A stretch of 64,000 bases of DNA, taken from assembly GCA_963743305.1 (NCBI GenBank), contig CAVUPH010000012.1, positions 1 to 64,000 of the forward strand, written 5' to 3'. Of this stretch, positions 10,254-19,341 are shown one piece after another; within the stretch, counting starts at the first letter, position 1; each line of letters starts with the position of its first letter. The stretch comes from an uncultured delta proteobacterium (GTDB lineage Bacteria; Desulfobacterota; RBG-13-43-22). Under the pieces are notes generated by a model. It searched no databases. It was given only the letters and a program-made list of their open reading frames with translations, and was not told the DNA's origin. Both the position numbers and the translations under genes were made by a program.

Positions 10254-10664
10254 TCACTTTTCTCCACCCTCCTGCCATTCTGATGGTCTTTCGGCATGAT
10301 ACAAGCCTGCCTCAATGGCCTCCAAGAGCTGGTGTTCCTGAAAAGGCTTGCGCAAGTAAGCCAATGCGCCAGCGCTTAATCCCTGGGCGCGCTCCTGGTC
10401 GTTATCAAAGGCCGTGATAAAGATAATGCGGAGACGGGAGACTGAGGCGGCCAGGACTTTTTGCAGGGCGAGGCCGCTCAGACCCGGCAGGCGAACGTCC
10501 AGGACCAAAAGCCCCGGGCCCTCTGTCTGGCCGGAATCCAGAAACTCCTGGGCGGACATGAAGGTCTCCACCTGGAATCCGGCTGACTTAAGAAGCCTAC
10601 TCAAGGCCCGGCGCACTGACGCGTCGTCGTCAACCACGTAAATGGTGGGACCGGCTTTAGCCAT
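10254..10664 (-). CDS. Single-domain response regulator (receiver only)
   Basis: IYVVDDD, LVLDVRLPGLSG, IFITA, YLRKPF. Confidence 0.9.
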   Translation of the reverse strand: MAKAGPTIYVVDDDASVRRALSRLLKSAGFQVETFMSAQEFLDSGQTEGPGLLVLDVRLPGLSGLALQKVLAASVSRLRIIFITAFDNDQERAQGLSAGALAYLRKPFQEHQLLEAIEAGLYHAERPSEWQEGGEK

Positions 10665-10759
10665 GCAAATTTATTCCGCCTGAGGTTGCGCACCTGGCAA
10701 AGACGAGCAAAAAGGAGAAAACTTAATCGGAAGGATAAAGAAAGAAACGGATTCCGACA

Positions 10760-10777
10760 ATTGGACTTTGGTCCAAT
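10760..10777. promoter_or_regulatory. Perfect 7-4-7 palindrome, candidate FixJ/NarL-type operator
   Basis: ATTGGAC-TTTG-GTCCAAT between the FixJ-like gene and the downstream transcription unit. Confidence 0.55.
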
Positions 10778-10782
10778 GCCGG

Positions 10783-11409
10783 TTATTTTTTCGAGGGGTA
10801 GATCCCGGCTTTGGCCGCCAGACGGACCAGTTCGGCCAGGGAGGGGCAGTTGAGCTTTTGCATGACCCGGCCCCGGTGCACCTTGATGGTTTTCTCCGCG
10901 GTGCCCAGGTCCCAGGCGATTTCCTTATTCAATTTACCGGCCGCCACCAGGGCTAGGACCTGGCGTTCCCGGGGAGTAAGCGCGGCGAGCCGGCGCTCAA
11001 TCGCCGTCATTTCCGACTTTTCCTGACGGGTCTGATAGTTCCCGGCCAGCGCCTGGTTCACGGCAGCCAGTAGAGTTTGGTCATCCACCGGCTTTTCCAG
11101 GAATTCCACAGCCCCGGCCTTCATGGCGCGCACACTTTCAGGCACGGTGCCGTAACCCGTGAGAAAAATAATGGGGAGGTCAAGATGAGCCGCGGCGAGC
11201 TTCTCTTGCAAGTCCAGCCCGCTGATCCCCGGGAGACGCAGATCCAGGACCAGACAACCGGGAGTGTCGGGCCGCCTGGCTGCCAGGAACTCCTGGGCCT
11301 CGGCGAAGGTCTCGACGTGTAAACCCGCCGACCTGAATAACCTTTGCAAGGCCTTCCGCACGGCGGGGTCGTCATCCACCACAAAGACTGTGGCCTCCGC
11401 ATCACTCAT
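10783..11409 (-). CDS. FixJ/TtrR/NodW-family response regulator (REC + LuxR HTH)
   Basis: VFVVDDD, LVLDLRLPG, AMKAGAVEFLEKP, LTPRERQVL...LNKEIA.DLGTAEKTIKVHRGRVMQKL; ATG overlaps the kinase stop. Confidence 0.92.
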   Translation of the reverse strand: MSDAEATVFVVDDDPAVRKALQRLFRSAGLHVETFAEAQEFLAARRPDTPGCLVLDLRLPGISGLDLQEKLAAAHLDLPIIFLTGYGTVPESVRAMKAGAVEFLEKPVDDQTLLAAVNQALAGNYQTRQEKSEMTAIERRLAALTPRERQVLALVAAGKLNKEIAWDLGTAEKTIKVHRGRVMQKLNCPSLAELVRLAAKAGIYPSKK

Positions 11410-13661
11410 GGACCCTCCTCCTGGAAAACCGGCAGGGTGAAGTGGAGAGCGGTCCCTCGATGGGGAAGGGGGGTGGCCCAAAGTTTGCCGCCATGGGCTT
11501 CGATAATGGCGCGGCTCAAAGAAAGCCCCAGCCCCAGGCCGTCTGGTTTGGTAGTGAAAAAGGGCTCGAAAATCTGCTCCGCTTCCTCAGGTTTAATCCC
11601 CCTACCCGAGTCCAGAATGGATACCAGGAGGGTAGCAGCATCCTGTCTCCCTGTCTTGATCTCGAGATTTCGGGAACCTGTGGGCATGTTTCTAACCGCC
11701 TCCAGGCCGTTCAGGATGAGATTGAGCACCACCTGCTCCAGTTGAATGCGGTCGCCAAGCACCAGGGGCAGGTCATCGGGTAAGGCATACGCGAGCTTGA
11801 CATTGCTGGCCGCGGCTTCAGTGTGGACCAGAACCACAACCCCCTGCACGACATCATTGAGAGACACGGGCTTGCGCTCGAACTCGCCCCGCCTGAGGTG
11901 CCGGCGTAAATGGTGGACCATGTCGCCGGCCCGCTTGCTGTCTTGGGCGATGTCCTTAAGAATCTCCGCCACCTCTGCCGGGTCCGGCGCCGTTCCCTGG
12001 AGAAAACGCTGCCCCGCCTGGGCATTGCTAAGGATGGCGGTAAGCGGTTGATTGAGCTCATGGGCCAGGGAAGCGGTGAGTTCCCCCAGCATCCCCACCC
12101 GGCTCAGGTGGGCCAGCTCCTCGCGGTGGCGCTGGGCCTCAAGCTCAGCCTGGAGGCGGTCGGTGATATCACGATTACTGACCCTGATTCCCAGAAACTC
12201 GCCCTGGCTTCCAGTGACCGGCTGGCAGGTATGCTCGATCCAACGGATTCCGCCGTCTTTCCGGCCGATGCGAAAGCGCAGCTCGCCGGCCTGCATTCCC
12301 TGGTGCTCGTCCTGATGATGGCAATTCCATAAGGTCTGGTCTTCTGACACCACGATTTCCCGGAGCAGATCGGGGTGCGCCAAAAACTCTTCCGCCCGGT
12401 AGCCGGAGATGCGCTCACAGGAAGGGGATACATACTTGAGGGTGCCGTCGGGGTTAGCCCAATATTCCCAGTCATACGTAAAATCAGCCACCGTGCGGTA
12501 ATTCTGTTCCGCCTGTCGGCGCTTGCGGCGATTGATGGTGAGAAGCCCAATCATTAAGCCCTGAATGAAGACAAGGGCGATCAAACCTACGATGCGCCAT
12601 CTGTAAAGTTCCCAAACAGATAAGTCTTTGAAGCGCACCACACTGCCGGGAGGCAAAGCTGCCTCGGACAAGCCCCATCGCTTGAGCTGACGCCAATCAA
12701 ACAGATAAAAATTGGCCCCTTCAACCACGATGGGAATATCGTCGGGTTTTTCGCCCTGGAGCACGCGTCGCCCTATTTCACCGGCTATTCGTCCTTGGGC
12801 TCTGAAGCTCATGAGATGCCCCCCCACAATGCCGTGCCCCAACAAAGTTTCCCAAAGGCCGTAAACCGGCACCTTGGCCGTCTGCGAGACGAGAGCCGCG
12901 GCGTCCCGGGGAATGAATTCCTTGCCCTCACTATCCCGCAACAGCGTGAGAAGAAGGACAATGGCCTGGGGAGGCAGATTGCCCAAGCGTTTGAAGATTT
13001 CTGAAGCCGGAAGATCGGTCAGGAAGGTGGCCTCGAGACGTCCTTCATAGCGACGCAACGCCTCGCGCGCCAATTGCTGAAATAACCTATCGGTTTTGGC
13101 GGTCCCCCCGACGACCACCACCTGCCGGGTTTGCGGCTGCATCTTGAGGGCCGCCTCCAAGGTGCCCTCCACGTCGATCCAGGCAACCACGCCGGTACTG
13201 TTTTTCGGCTTGGCGAGAGTCTGAATCTCGGTTTTCACTGCCGCGCAAAAGACCATGGGCACACCGGGAAAGAGCGAGTTGCCATGGGACGACAGAAACT
13301 GAAAGGCCAAGTCCCCCACTGGAATCAGGAGGTCGATTTTCTTGCCGCTATATTTGTTTTGCAATAGGGTGATCAGGTTTTTGACATAGGACTCGCCAGG
13401 GAAGCGCGCCAGATCCAGGTATTCCGTATAGAATTCCAGCGGTCCAGGGTCAATGCCTTGCAGTCCCGAGCGAATGCCCTCATCCCATTCCAGAATGGCA
13501 GGAAGCACCGATTGGTAAGAATAGAGCAGCAGGATCTTCTTGGGGGGTTGCGCTTCTGAGGCGAAAGCCGGGAAACCGCACCACAAGAGCGCCAGGCACA
13601 CAAACGCCTTCAGCAAAAGGGGTTTGCCTACGGGTTTCTCGACTTGCTTTTTGGAATCCAT
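11406..13661 (-). CDS. FixL-like sensor histidine kinase (periplasmic ABC-binding-like domain, TM, PAS, HisKA, HATPase)
   Basis: Signal peptide; FDWRQLKRWG; PAS YVSPSCERISGY; LAHELNQPL; QVVLNLILNG; DSGRG; FFTTKPDGLGLGL. Confidence 0.92.
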   Translation of the reverse strand: MDSKKQVEKPVGKPLLLKAFVCLALLWCGFPAFASEAQPPKKILLLYSYQSVLPAILEWDEGIRSGLQGIDPGPLEFYTEYLDLARFPGESYVKNLITLLQNKYSGKKIDLLIPVGDLAFQFLSSHGNSLFPGVPMVFCAAVKTEIQTLAKPKNSTGVVAWIDVEGTLEAALKMQPQTRQVVVVGGTAKTDRLFQQLAREALRRYEGRLEATFLTDLPASEIFKRLGNLPPQAIVLLLTLLRDSEGKEFIPRDAAALVSQTAKVPVYGLWETLLGHGIVGGHLMSFRAQGRIAGEIGRRVLQGEKPDDIPIVVEGANFYLFDWRQLKRWGLSEAALPPGSVVRFKDLSVWELYRWRIVGLIALVFIQGLMIGLLTINRRKRRQAEQNYRTVADFTYDWEYWANPDGTLKYVSPSCERISGYRAEEFLAHPDLLREIVVSEDQTLWNCHHQDEHQGMQAGELRFRIGRKDGGIRWIEHTCQPVTGSQGEFLGIRVSNRDITDRLQAELEAQRHREELAHLSRVGMLGELTASLAHELNQPLTAILSNAQAGQRFLQGTAPDPAEVAEILKDIAQDSKRAGDMVHHLRRHLRRGEFERKPVSLNDVVQGVVVLVHTEAAASNVKLAYALPDDLPLVLGDRIQLEQVVLNLILNGLEAVRNMPTGSRNLEIKTGRQDAATLLVSILDSGRGIKPEEAEQIFEPFFTTKPDGLGLGLSLSRAIIEAHGGKLWATPLPHRGTALHFTLPVFQEEGP

Positions 13662-13699
13662 TGCTCAATTATCGGCAGCAAAGTTCGGGCTGTCACCAA

Positions 13700-15900
13700 A
13701 ATTTTTGTAATAAATCTTCGCCGTGAGCACTGACAAGGCATATCGTTTGATCATCCAGAGCCATCCAAGCTACAGCTCTCCCGTGCTATTACCCATCCAA
13801 GACTAACTTGCCACTATACGCCCTTTCGCTAATTTTTCCATATGGTTCGTATATCGGAACCTTTGCAAATGGAGTTTGGATTGGGAATCCTCCCGAAAAA
13901 TCGGAAATTTTCCGGGGCGATCATATTGACCTGGGGGATGGAGTTCCTCCCGAGGTGTTCCGGTTTCCGACTCAGACCAAGGCCAGAGGTGCGGGACCGG
14001 GCGGTGCTGACACCAGAAGCAGCAGGCATGAAGAAATCGGCACGGGTGCCGTCGCCCTTCTCCTGGCCGACCTCGCCCGCCGGGAGCACCGGCACCCTGA
14101 AATGCGCCCCCAGACCTCCCCCCGGAAAGATAAATCTACGGCGCTGAGGGCCACTCACAGCCCCGCCACGGCCACGAAAGGGGGCACCCAAGGGTAAGGG
14201 GGCGGTGGGGCAAAAGGTGTTCGCCGCAGGGGCCCGGAAGAGGCGAATCCCGAGTGAGAAACAGACGGCGGTTTTGGCTCCGGGGCGGGACAAGGCAATG
14301 GCCCCCCTCCGTGTACATCGAAATGCCCTGGACCAGGCCGAACTTTCCCCCGCGGCCATCGCCTTCCCCAGCGTCCGGCCCGATACCCCCTCGTAGGCCG
14401 CTACTTTGTCGCGGGTCTTGCCTTTAGCCTTCGGTGGTGGGAATTTTCCATCATTCCTTTTTTGGGCCTCCCCACCGGAGTGGCAACTGCCGGCGCCAAC
14501 GCCTTCGTTATGGCCACCATCGTGGCGTAAATCCCAGAAGATTTTTGATAAAAAAATTTTCACCCCCATCAACCCCCAGGGGGGACCACCCTCACAGCAA
14601 AGAGCGTCCCAAACTTCTCCCCTGAAGATTTTTTTAATTTCCGATGATTTTTGAACGTCGGGTGCCGACTGGGCATTGATAGTACAGGGGGGGGAGTCCC
14701 TGGTCCCGGGGTTTCGGTTTCGCGGCTGCGGGCTGGGGGCGATTCGAAGGGGGAGCCGGAGCCAGGCGGCGGCCGATCCGCTGTGCTTCGTTGGTGGTGG
14801 CTCCGGTGGGGGTCAGGGGCTACGGTAGCCCCCAGGGCGGCGTCGTCCTCTCCTTGATGTTCTACACCCACCATGGCGCTTGCCAGGAGTGTGCGGTGGG
14901 GCCGTTGGCTGGCCACAGCAGGGCTCAAGGTGGCGGGGCCAGAACACGGCTCCCACGTGCTCTAAAACGTTCGATCATACACCGCGGTGGGTAGGGAAAG
15001 GGGCGGCGGATGTGAGGGGCCATGCTGGAGCGCTGGGAGGGGGCGGCGACACCCAGGGCGCTGGGCTGGTCGGGTGCAGGGGGCAGGGCTAACAGCACAG
15101 GCTCGAGGTCGCGGTTGTCCAGGATGGCGGCGGGGAGGCGATTGGCCGACCGAGGGCCGAGGGCAGCGACTGCCCCTACGCCAGGGCCTGCTCCCGGGCC
15201 TGGGTTCTGCTCCCCTGCTCCTTGGCCTGGCCGGCGGGGCCACGGGTGCGAGGCGGCGGCCTCCCACGTCTGGACGGCGGTGGCGATGGCCCCGGGGCGG
15301 GAGCGGGCGTCCGGGTCCGGGGTGATGGCAGGGCACCAGGGGCAGGCTGGCCATAGAGGATTGGGAGGAGGTGGAGGTCCTTGCGCTTGGTGCCCGGTGT
15401 GAGGATAAGGTGGGTTCCAGACGGCCACCACCATGATGATCATCACTTTCCCCAAGATGGTCAAGACATTGGTCGGGCCATCTGCTCCTTCCCCCGGAGC
15501 CAAACCAGCCTTCACGAACCGATAGGACTTCCCCCACCATCCGGGCCGGGAAGATCAGGGACCGGGGCCAGGGATAGGCTGGCAAGAAGCAGAGGTCTGG
15601 GGGGATAAGTGGCTGGGGCTGGCCAGGCCCGCCGGGGGGCAGCCGACCATCTATCGCTGGGTTCAGCCCCAGGCTGGCCTGGAGGAAGGCATATTCTCAT
15701 TCACCAATGACCTCACGGGCATCTTCACCTACCTGTCTTCTCTCTCTCCAACTTTCAACCACGATCAGCTTTGCTCCCCTGAGGGCTCCTGGGGGTGGGG
15801 GAAATGGCCCGAACGGTGAAGCTGAGCAAGCCCTTATGCAATCCTAAAAACTTGACGCTGTTTATCCCTGGCTTATGCCAGACCGTCAGGGGAATGAGGG
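13700..15900. mobile_element. Decayed phage/satellite-like tract with no intact genes
   Basis: GC-rich low-complexity DNA with only spurious-looking ORFs; minus-strand fragment GKFPPPKAKGKTRDKVAAYEGVSGRTLGKA (about 14360-14455) resembles the HTH segment of phage ParB-like/methylase proteins; abuts the att modules. Confidence 0.45.
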
Positions 15901-15911
15901 TCATCAGGCAA

Positions 15912-16026
15912 AAATGGTACCCAGATTGGTACCCATAATTAAAAAAGGGTTAGCCTAAATCAGCTAAACCATTGATTTTATTGGGCCGGCACGGGGGGTC
16001 GAACCCCGGTCCTGCTGATTACGAAT
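15912..16026 (-). repeat. att-like module: 3' half of tRNA-Thr(CGT) + hairpin + tandem arm-like repeats
   Basis: Minus strand ATTCGTAATCAGCAGGACCGGGGTTCGACCCCCCGTGCCGGCCCA (16026-15982) starts at the anticodon loop; then a GGTTTAGC..GCTAACCC hairpin and TGGGTACCA x2. Confidence 0.75.
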
Positions 16027-16068
16027 TAGACGAAAATGAATTTAATACGAAGAAGAGTATCTTTTCCG

Positions 16069-16138
16069 AAATGGTAGCCCAGATGGTAGCCCAAAACAAA
16101 AATGGGGTTAGCCAATTCAGCTAACCCCTTGATTTCTC
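16069..16138 (-). terminator. tRNA-Lys terminator plus tandem TGGGCTACCAT arm-like repeats (attL-like)
   Basis: GGGGTTAGC-7nt-GCTAACCCC (16104-16128) followed by ATTTTTGTTTT on the minus strand; ATGGTAGCCCA twice at 16071-16093. Confidence 0.75.
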
Positions 16139-16214
16139 TGGTAGGCCGTCGGGGGCTCGAACCCCAAACCTAGTGATTAAGAGTCACTTGCTCTACCAAT
16201 TGAGCTAACGGCCC
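16139..16214 (-). tRNA. tRNA-Lys (anticodon CTT), CCA encoded
   Basis: GGGCCGTTAGCTCAATTGGTAGAGCAAGTGACTCTTAATCACTAGGTTTGGGGTTCGAGCCCCCGACGGCCTACCA folds as a cloverleaf; anticodon loop CTCTTAA. Confidence 0.97.
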
Positions 16215-16232
16215 GGCGGTGCAAACTTTATA

Positions 16233-16261
16233 AATATACTGGCCCTCAAAGAGTTTGTCAA
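16233..16261 (-). promoter_or_regulatory. Sigma70 promoter for tRNA-Lys
   Basis: TTGACA-17nt-TATATT. Confidence 0.75.
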
Positions 16262-16399
16262 GCGAGGCGAGCCGCCAAAAGGCGCCAAATCTGCCTTAAT
16301 CGACGGCAAGCACTGAGTCAACGTACCGGGCGCAGGAGGAAGGCACCCTACCCGCCCGCTGGCGGTGGCGGCCGGAAAGCGGGAAGTCCGGGAAATTCC

Positions 16400-16428
16400 T
16401 TGACCTGTTGCCGGGTTATGACATAAAT
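16400..16428 (+). promoter_or_regulatory. Possible sigma70 promoter for the glycan locus
   Basis: TTGACC-17nt-ATAAAT, 30 nt before ATG 16458. Confidence 0.4.
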
Positions 16429-16457
16429 AAGAAAACCTAGCCTGGATAACGATACGC

Positions 16458-17862
16458 ATGAGTGCCACGGCCGCACAGTTTTTGACTAACCTGATCCCGC
16501 CGCTCCCGTTTTTGGTGGCAGGCTGTCTGCCGCTATGGGTAGGGCGCTCCTGGCGGGAGTGTCGGGATTGCCGGTGCACCCGGGGGTTCTGGGAACGAGC
16601 AGCCTGGCGCGTGGTACCCCTGATCCTGGCGGCCTTTCGACAAGTCGCAGGGGCTTTCTCAGGCACTGAACAGCCGGGTTTACTGGGTGAGGTTTGACGC
16701 CTTCGATTGGGACCGGATCGAACCGGTACAAACCGTTCCCCCCACCTTTCGGTGGGAACACGTTGCTGAAGATAGCCTGGTGCGGGCGGCTCAAAATGGC
16801 CTCAAGGTCATTGCTGTGGTCAAATACACTCCGGGTTGGGCACAGAAATACCCCGGCTCACCCTGTGGCCCGATAAAAAGCACTGCCTTCTCCGGGTTCG
16901 CCAAGTTTTTAACCGAAGCGGTGAATCGTTATAAATCCCCCCCCTATAACATCAAATACTGGGAATTGGGGAATGAGCCGGATACGCCGATCTGGTACAG
17001 TAAAAGTGTTTTCGGCTGTTGGGGAGAAGTCAGCGATCCCTATTTCGGGGGGGAATACTACGCACAGATGCTCAAAGCGGCTTACCCGGCTATAAAAGCG
17101 GCCGATCCCCAAGCCCAGGTTCTGATCGGCGGCCTGATGCTGGACAACCCGGGGAAAGACACGAAAAATTCTTCACGGTTCCTTGAAGGAATCCTGCGCG
17201 GAGGCGGGGGCCCTTTTTTCGATGTGGTCAGCTTCCATAGCTATTCTTATTTTTGGGGGACCGTCGGCCAGATGAGCAACCGGAATTGGCCTGGTTCCTT
17301 TACCGGTATCCCGGAAAAAACATTATTTATCAAAGACGTCCTGAGCCGCTATGGTCAGGTGGACAAAACCTTAATGATTACCGAAGCGGCCCTTCATTGT
17401 GACATTGAAACTCCCGAATGTCTTAAAACACAAGGGGTTTTTGCAACCCGGGCCTATATTGACGGTCTGGCCTTAGGCCTTCAAAGCGTTGTTTATTATT
17501 CCATGAGGAATGACTATCGCGGACTGGGACTGATCCGACAGAATTTTACACTCCGGCCCGCCTACCAAGCCTACAAAACAGCTTCCTCCTTCCTGACGAA
17601 GGCCCGCTATCTCCGGCCGGCCACCGGCTATCCGAGTGGAATAGCCGGGCATTCCTTCTTATCCTTTTCTTATACCCCTCTGGACATAATTTGGTCAGTG
17701 GACGGGACGGGGAAAACGGTTCCGCTCCCTCCAGGATCTTCGGCCCTCGACTTCAACGGAACCCCCCTTTATCCCGTCGGAGGGAAAATCACCGTCGACT
17801 ACGGACCGGTTTACATTTTAAAAAATAAAGGATACGACCCCAAAGGGGCCGGTATTGGATAA
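16458..17862 (+). CDS. Clan GH-A glycoside hydrolase (GH5/GH39-like), copy 1; N-terminus disrupted near 16625
   Basis: YWELGNEPD acid/base, SFHSY, ITEAA nucleophile; homology to copy 2 extends upstream of GTG 16687 (DKSQGLSQALNSRVYWVRFD) to an in-frame TGA at 16621. Confidence 0.75.
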
Positions 17863-17934
17863 CCCCTGGACTCTGCCCTTGCCCAAAGGGCCAGGGTTTC
17901 TATGTTGGAGTAATAATCGGAGGAACTCTTGAGA

Positions 17935-19338
17935 ATGAATGACCGGTTAAAAAAAATTTCCGGACTCCGCGGGTGGGGGTTATTTACTTGTCTGACCTAC
18001 TTTTTTTTGATCTCTGCCGGTGCAATTCCCGATTTGTGGGCCAGGACCCCGGAGAAAAAACCAACCCGATCTTCCAACTTGTCTTCCACTCCCAAAAACC
18101 AAATTCCCACCACCTCCATTTTCGGGGTTCAAATAAACGGTCCCATTGATAACGACCAAGGGTTGCAGCAGGCCGTAACCGCAAGGACGCACTGGCTTCG
18201 CTACGACGCTTTTGATTGGGACCGCATCGAACCGAAGCCGACCTCTCCCGCGACCTATCATTGGGAAGAGGTTGACGAAGCCAGCCTACTGAAAACCGTC
18301 GGGAACGGGTTGGAGATAATCGCCGTGGTCAAATATGTACCCGGGTGGGCCCAAAAATATCCGGGTTCGGGCTGTGGTCCTATTCACAGTGAAGCCATTG
18401 GTCGATTTGGCAAATTTTTGTCTTCCCTGGTCAACCGATACAAGAAACCACCCTACAACATCAAATACTGGGAACTGGGGAATGAGATCGACGCTCCGCG
18501 CGTAGAAGCCCGGAGCGTCTTCGGTTGCTGGGGGGACGGGAGCGACCCTTATTTCGGCGGAGGATACTACGCCCAAATGCTCAAAGCGGCCTATCCAGCC
18601 ATCAAAGCGGCCGATCCCCATGCCCAAGTGCTACTCGGGGGATTGCTCTTGGACAATCCCAACCAAATCCCCAATACGATGGCTCGCTTCTTCGAAGGGG
18701 TACTTCGAGGCGGCGGAGGTCCTTTTTTCGACGTCGTCAATTTCCACACCTATTCTTATTTTTGGGGGACCGTCGGTCGGATGAGCAACCCGAATTGGCC
18801 CGGTTCGGTCACATCCCTTCCTGAAAAAATAGCTTTTCTTAAAACCATCCTCAACCGCTACGGTTGGGGAAAAAAGCCGCTGATCAATACCGAGGCCGCC
18901 CTTTATTGCGACGTCGATACCGATCCCTGTTTTGAAACCCAGGCGGTGTTTGTGGCCAAAGCCTACGCCGAGGGAATCGCCCTGGGCTTGCAGGGAATGG
19001 TCTATTATGCCTTAAAAAGCGAGCATCGCCTCACCGGGCTGCTTCGGCCGGACAACAGCCCCCGGCCTTCCTACCTGGCCTTTAAAACCGCGGCCGCCTT
19101 TTTGACCCTCGCCCGCTACCGCGGTCCAGTTACCAGGTACCCGGGTGGGATTTTCGGGCACTCCTACTGGGATCAAGGGGGCGCCTCTATCGACGTCATC
19201 TGGTCCACGGATGGCACCCGGCAATCAGTTCCCCTGCCCTCCGGGGCCACGGCCTTTGACCGTTACGGAACCCCCCTCCCGATGTCCGACGATAAAATTA
19301 CGGTCGATTACGGCCCGGTATATGTTCAAAAACATTAA
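17935..19338 (+). CDS. Clan GH-A glycoside hydrolase (GH5/GH39-like), copy 2, secreted
   Basis: Signal peptide/TM, YWELGNEID, NFHTY, INTEAA; close paralog of copy 1. Confidence 0.85.
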   Translation: MNDRLKKISGLRGWGLFTCLTYFFLISAGAIPDLWARTPEKKPTRSSNLSSTPKNQIPTTSIFGVQINGPIDNDQGLQQAVTARTHWLRYDAFDWDRIEPKPTSPATYHWEEVDEASLLKTVGNGLEIIAVVKYVPGWAQKYPGSGCGPIHSEAIGRFGKFLSSLVNRYKKPPYNIKYWELGNEIDAPRVEARSVFGCWGDGSDPYFGGGYYAQMLKAAYPAIKAADPHAQVLLGGLLLDNPNQIPNTMARFFEGVLRGGGGPFFDVVNFHTYSYFWGTVGRMSNPNWPGSVTSLPEKIAFLKTILNRYGWGKKPLINTEAALYCDVDTDPCFETQAVFVAKAYAEGIALGLQGMVYYALKSEHRLTGLLRPDNSPRPSYLAFKTAAAFLTLARYRGPVTRYPGGIFGHSYWDQGGASIDVIWSTDGTRQSVPLPSGATAFDRYGTPLPMSDDKITVDYGPVYVQKH

Positions 19339-19341
19339 CCC

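Noticed and set aside
13808-15700. Many overlapping 60-250 aa ORFs in the ORF track
   Set aside because: Pro/Gly/Arg-rich translations of GC-rich DNA without RBS or family motifs; treated as spurious
15982-16026. Second functional tRNA
   Set aside because: The D-arm and 5' acceptor strand are absent; it is a 3' fragment only
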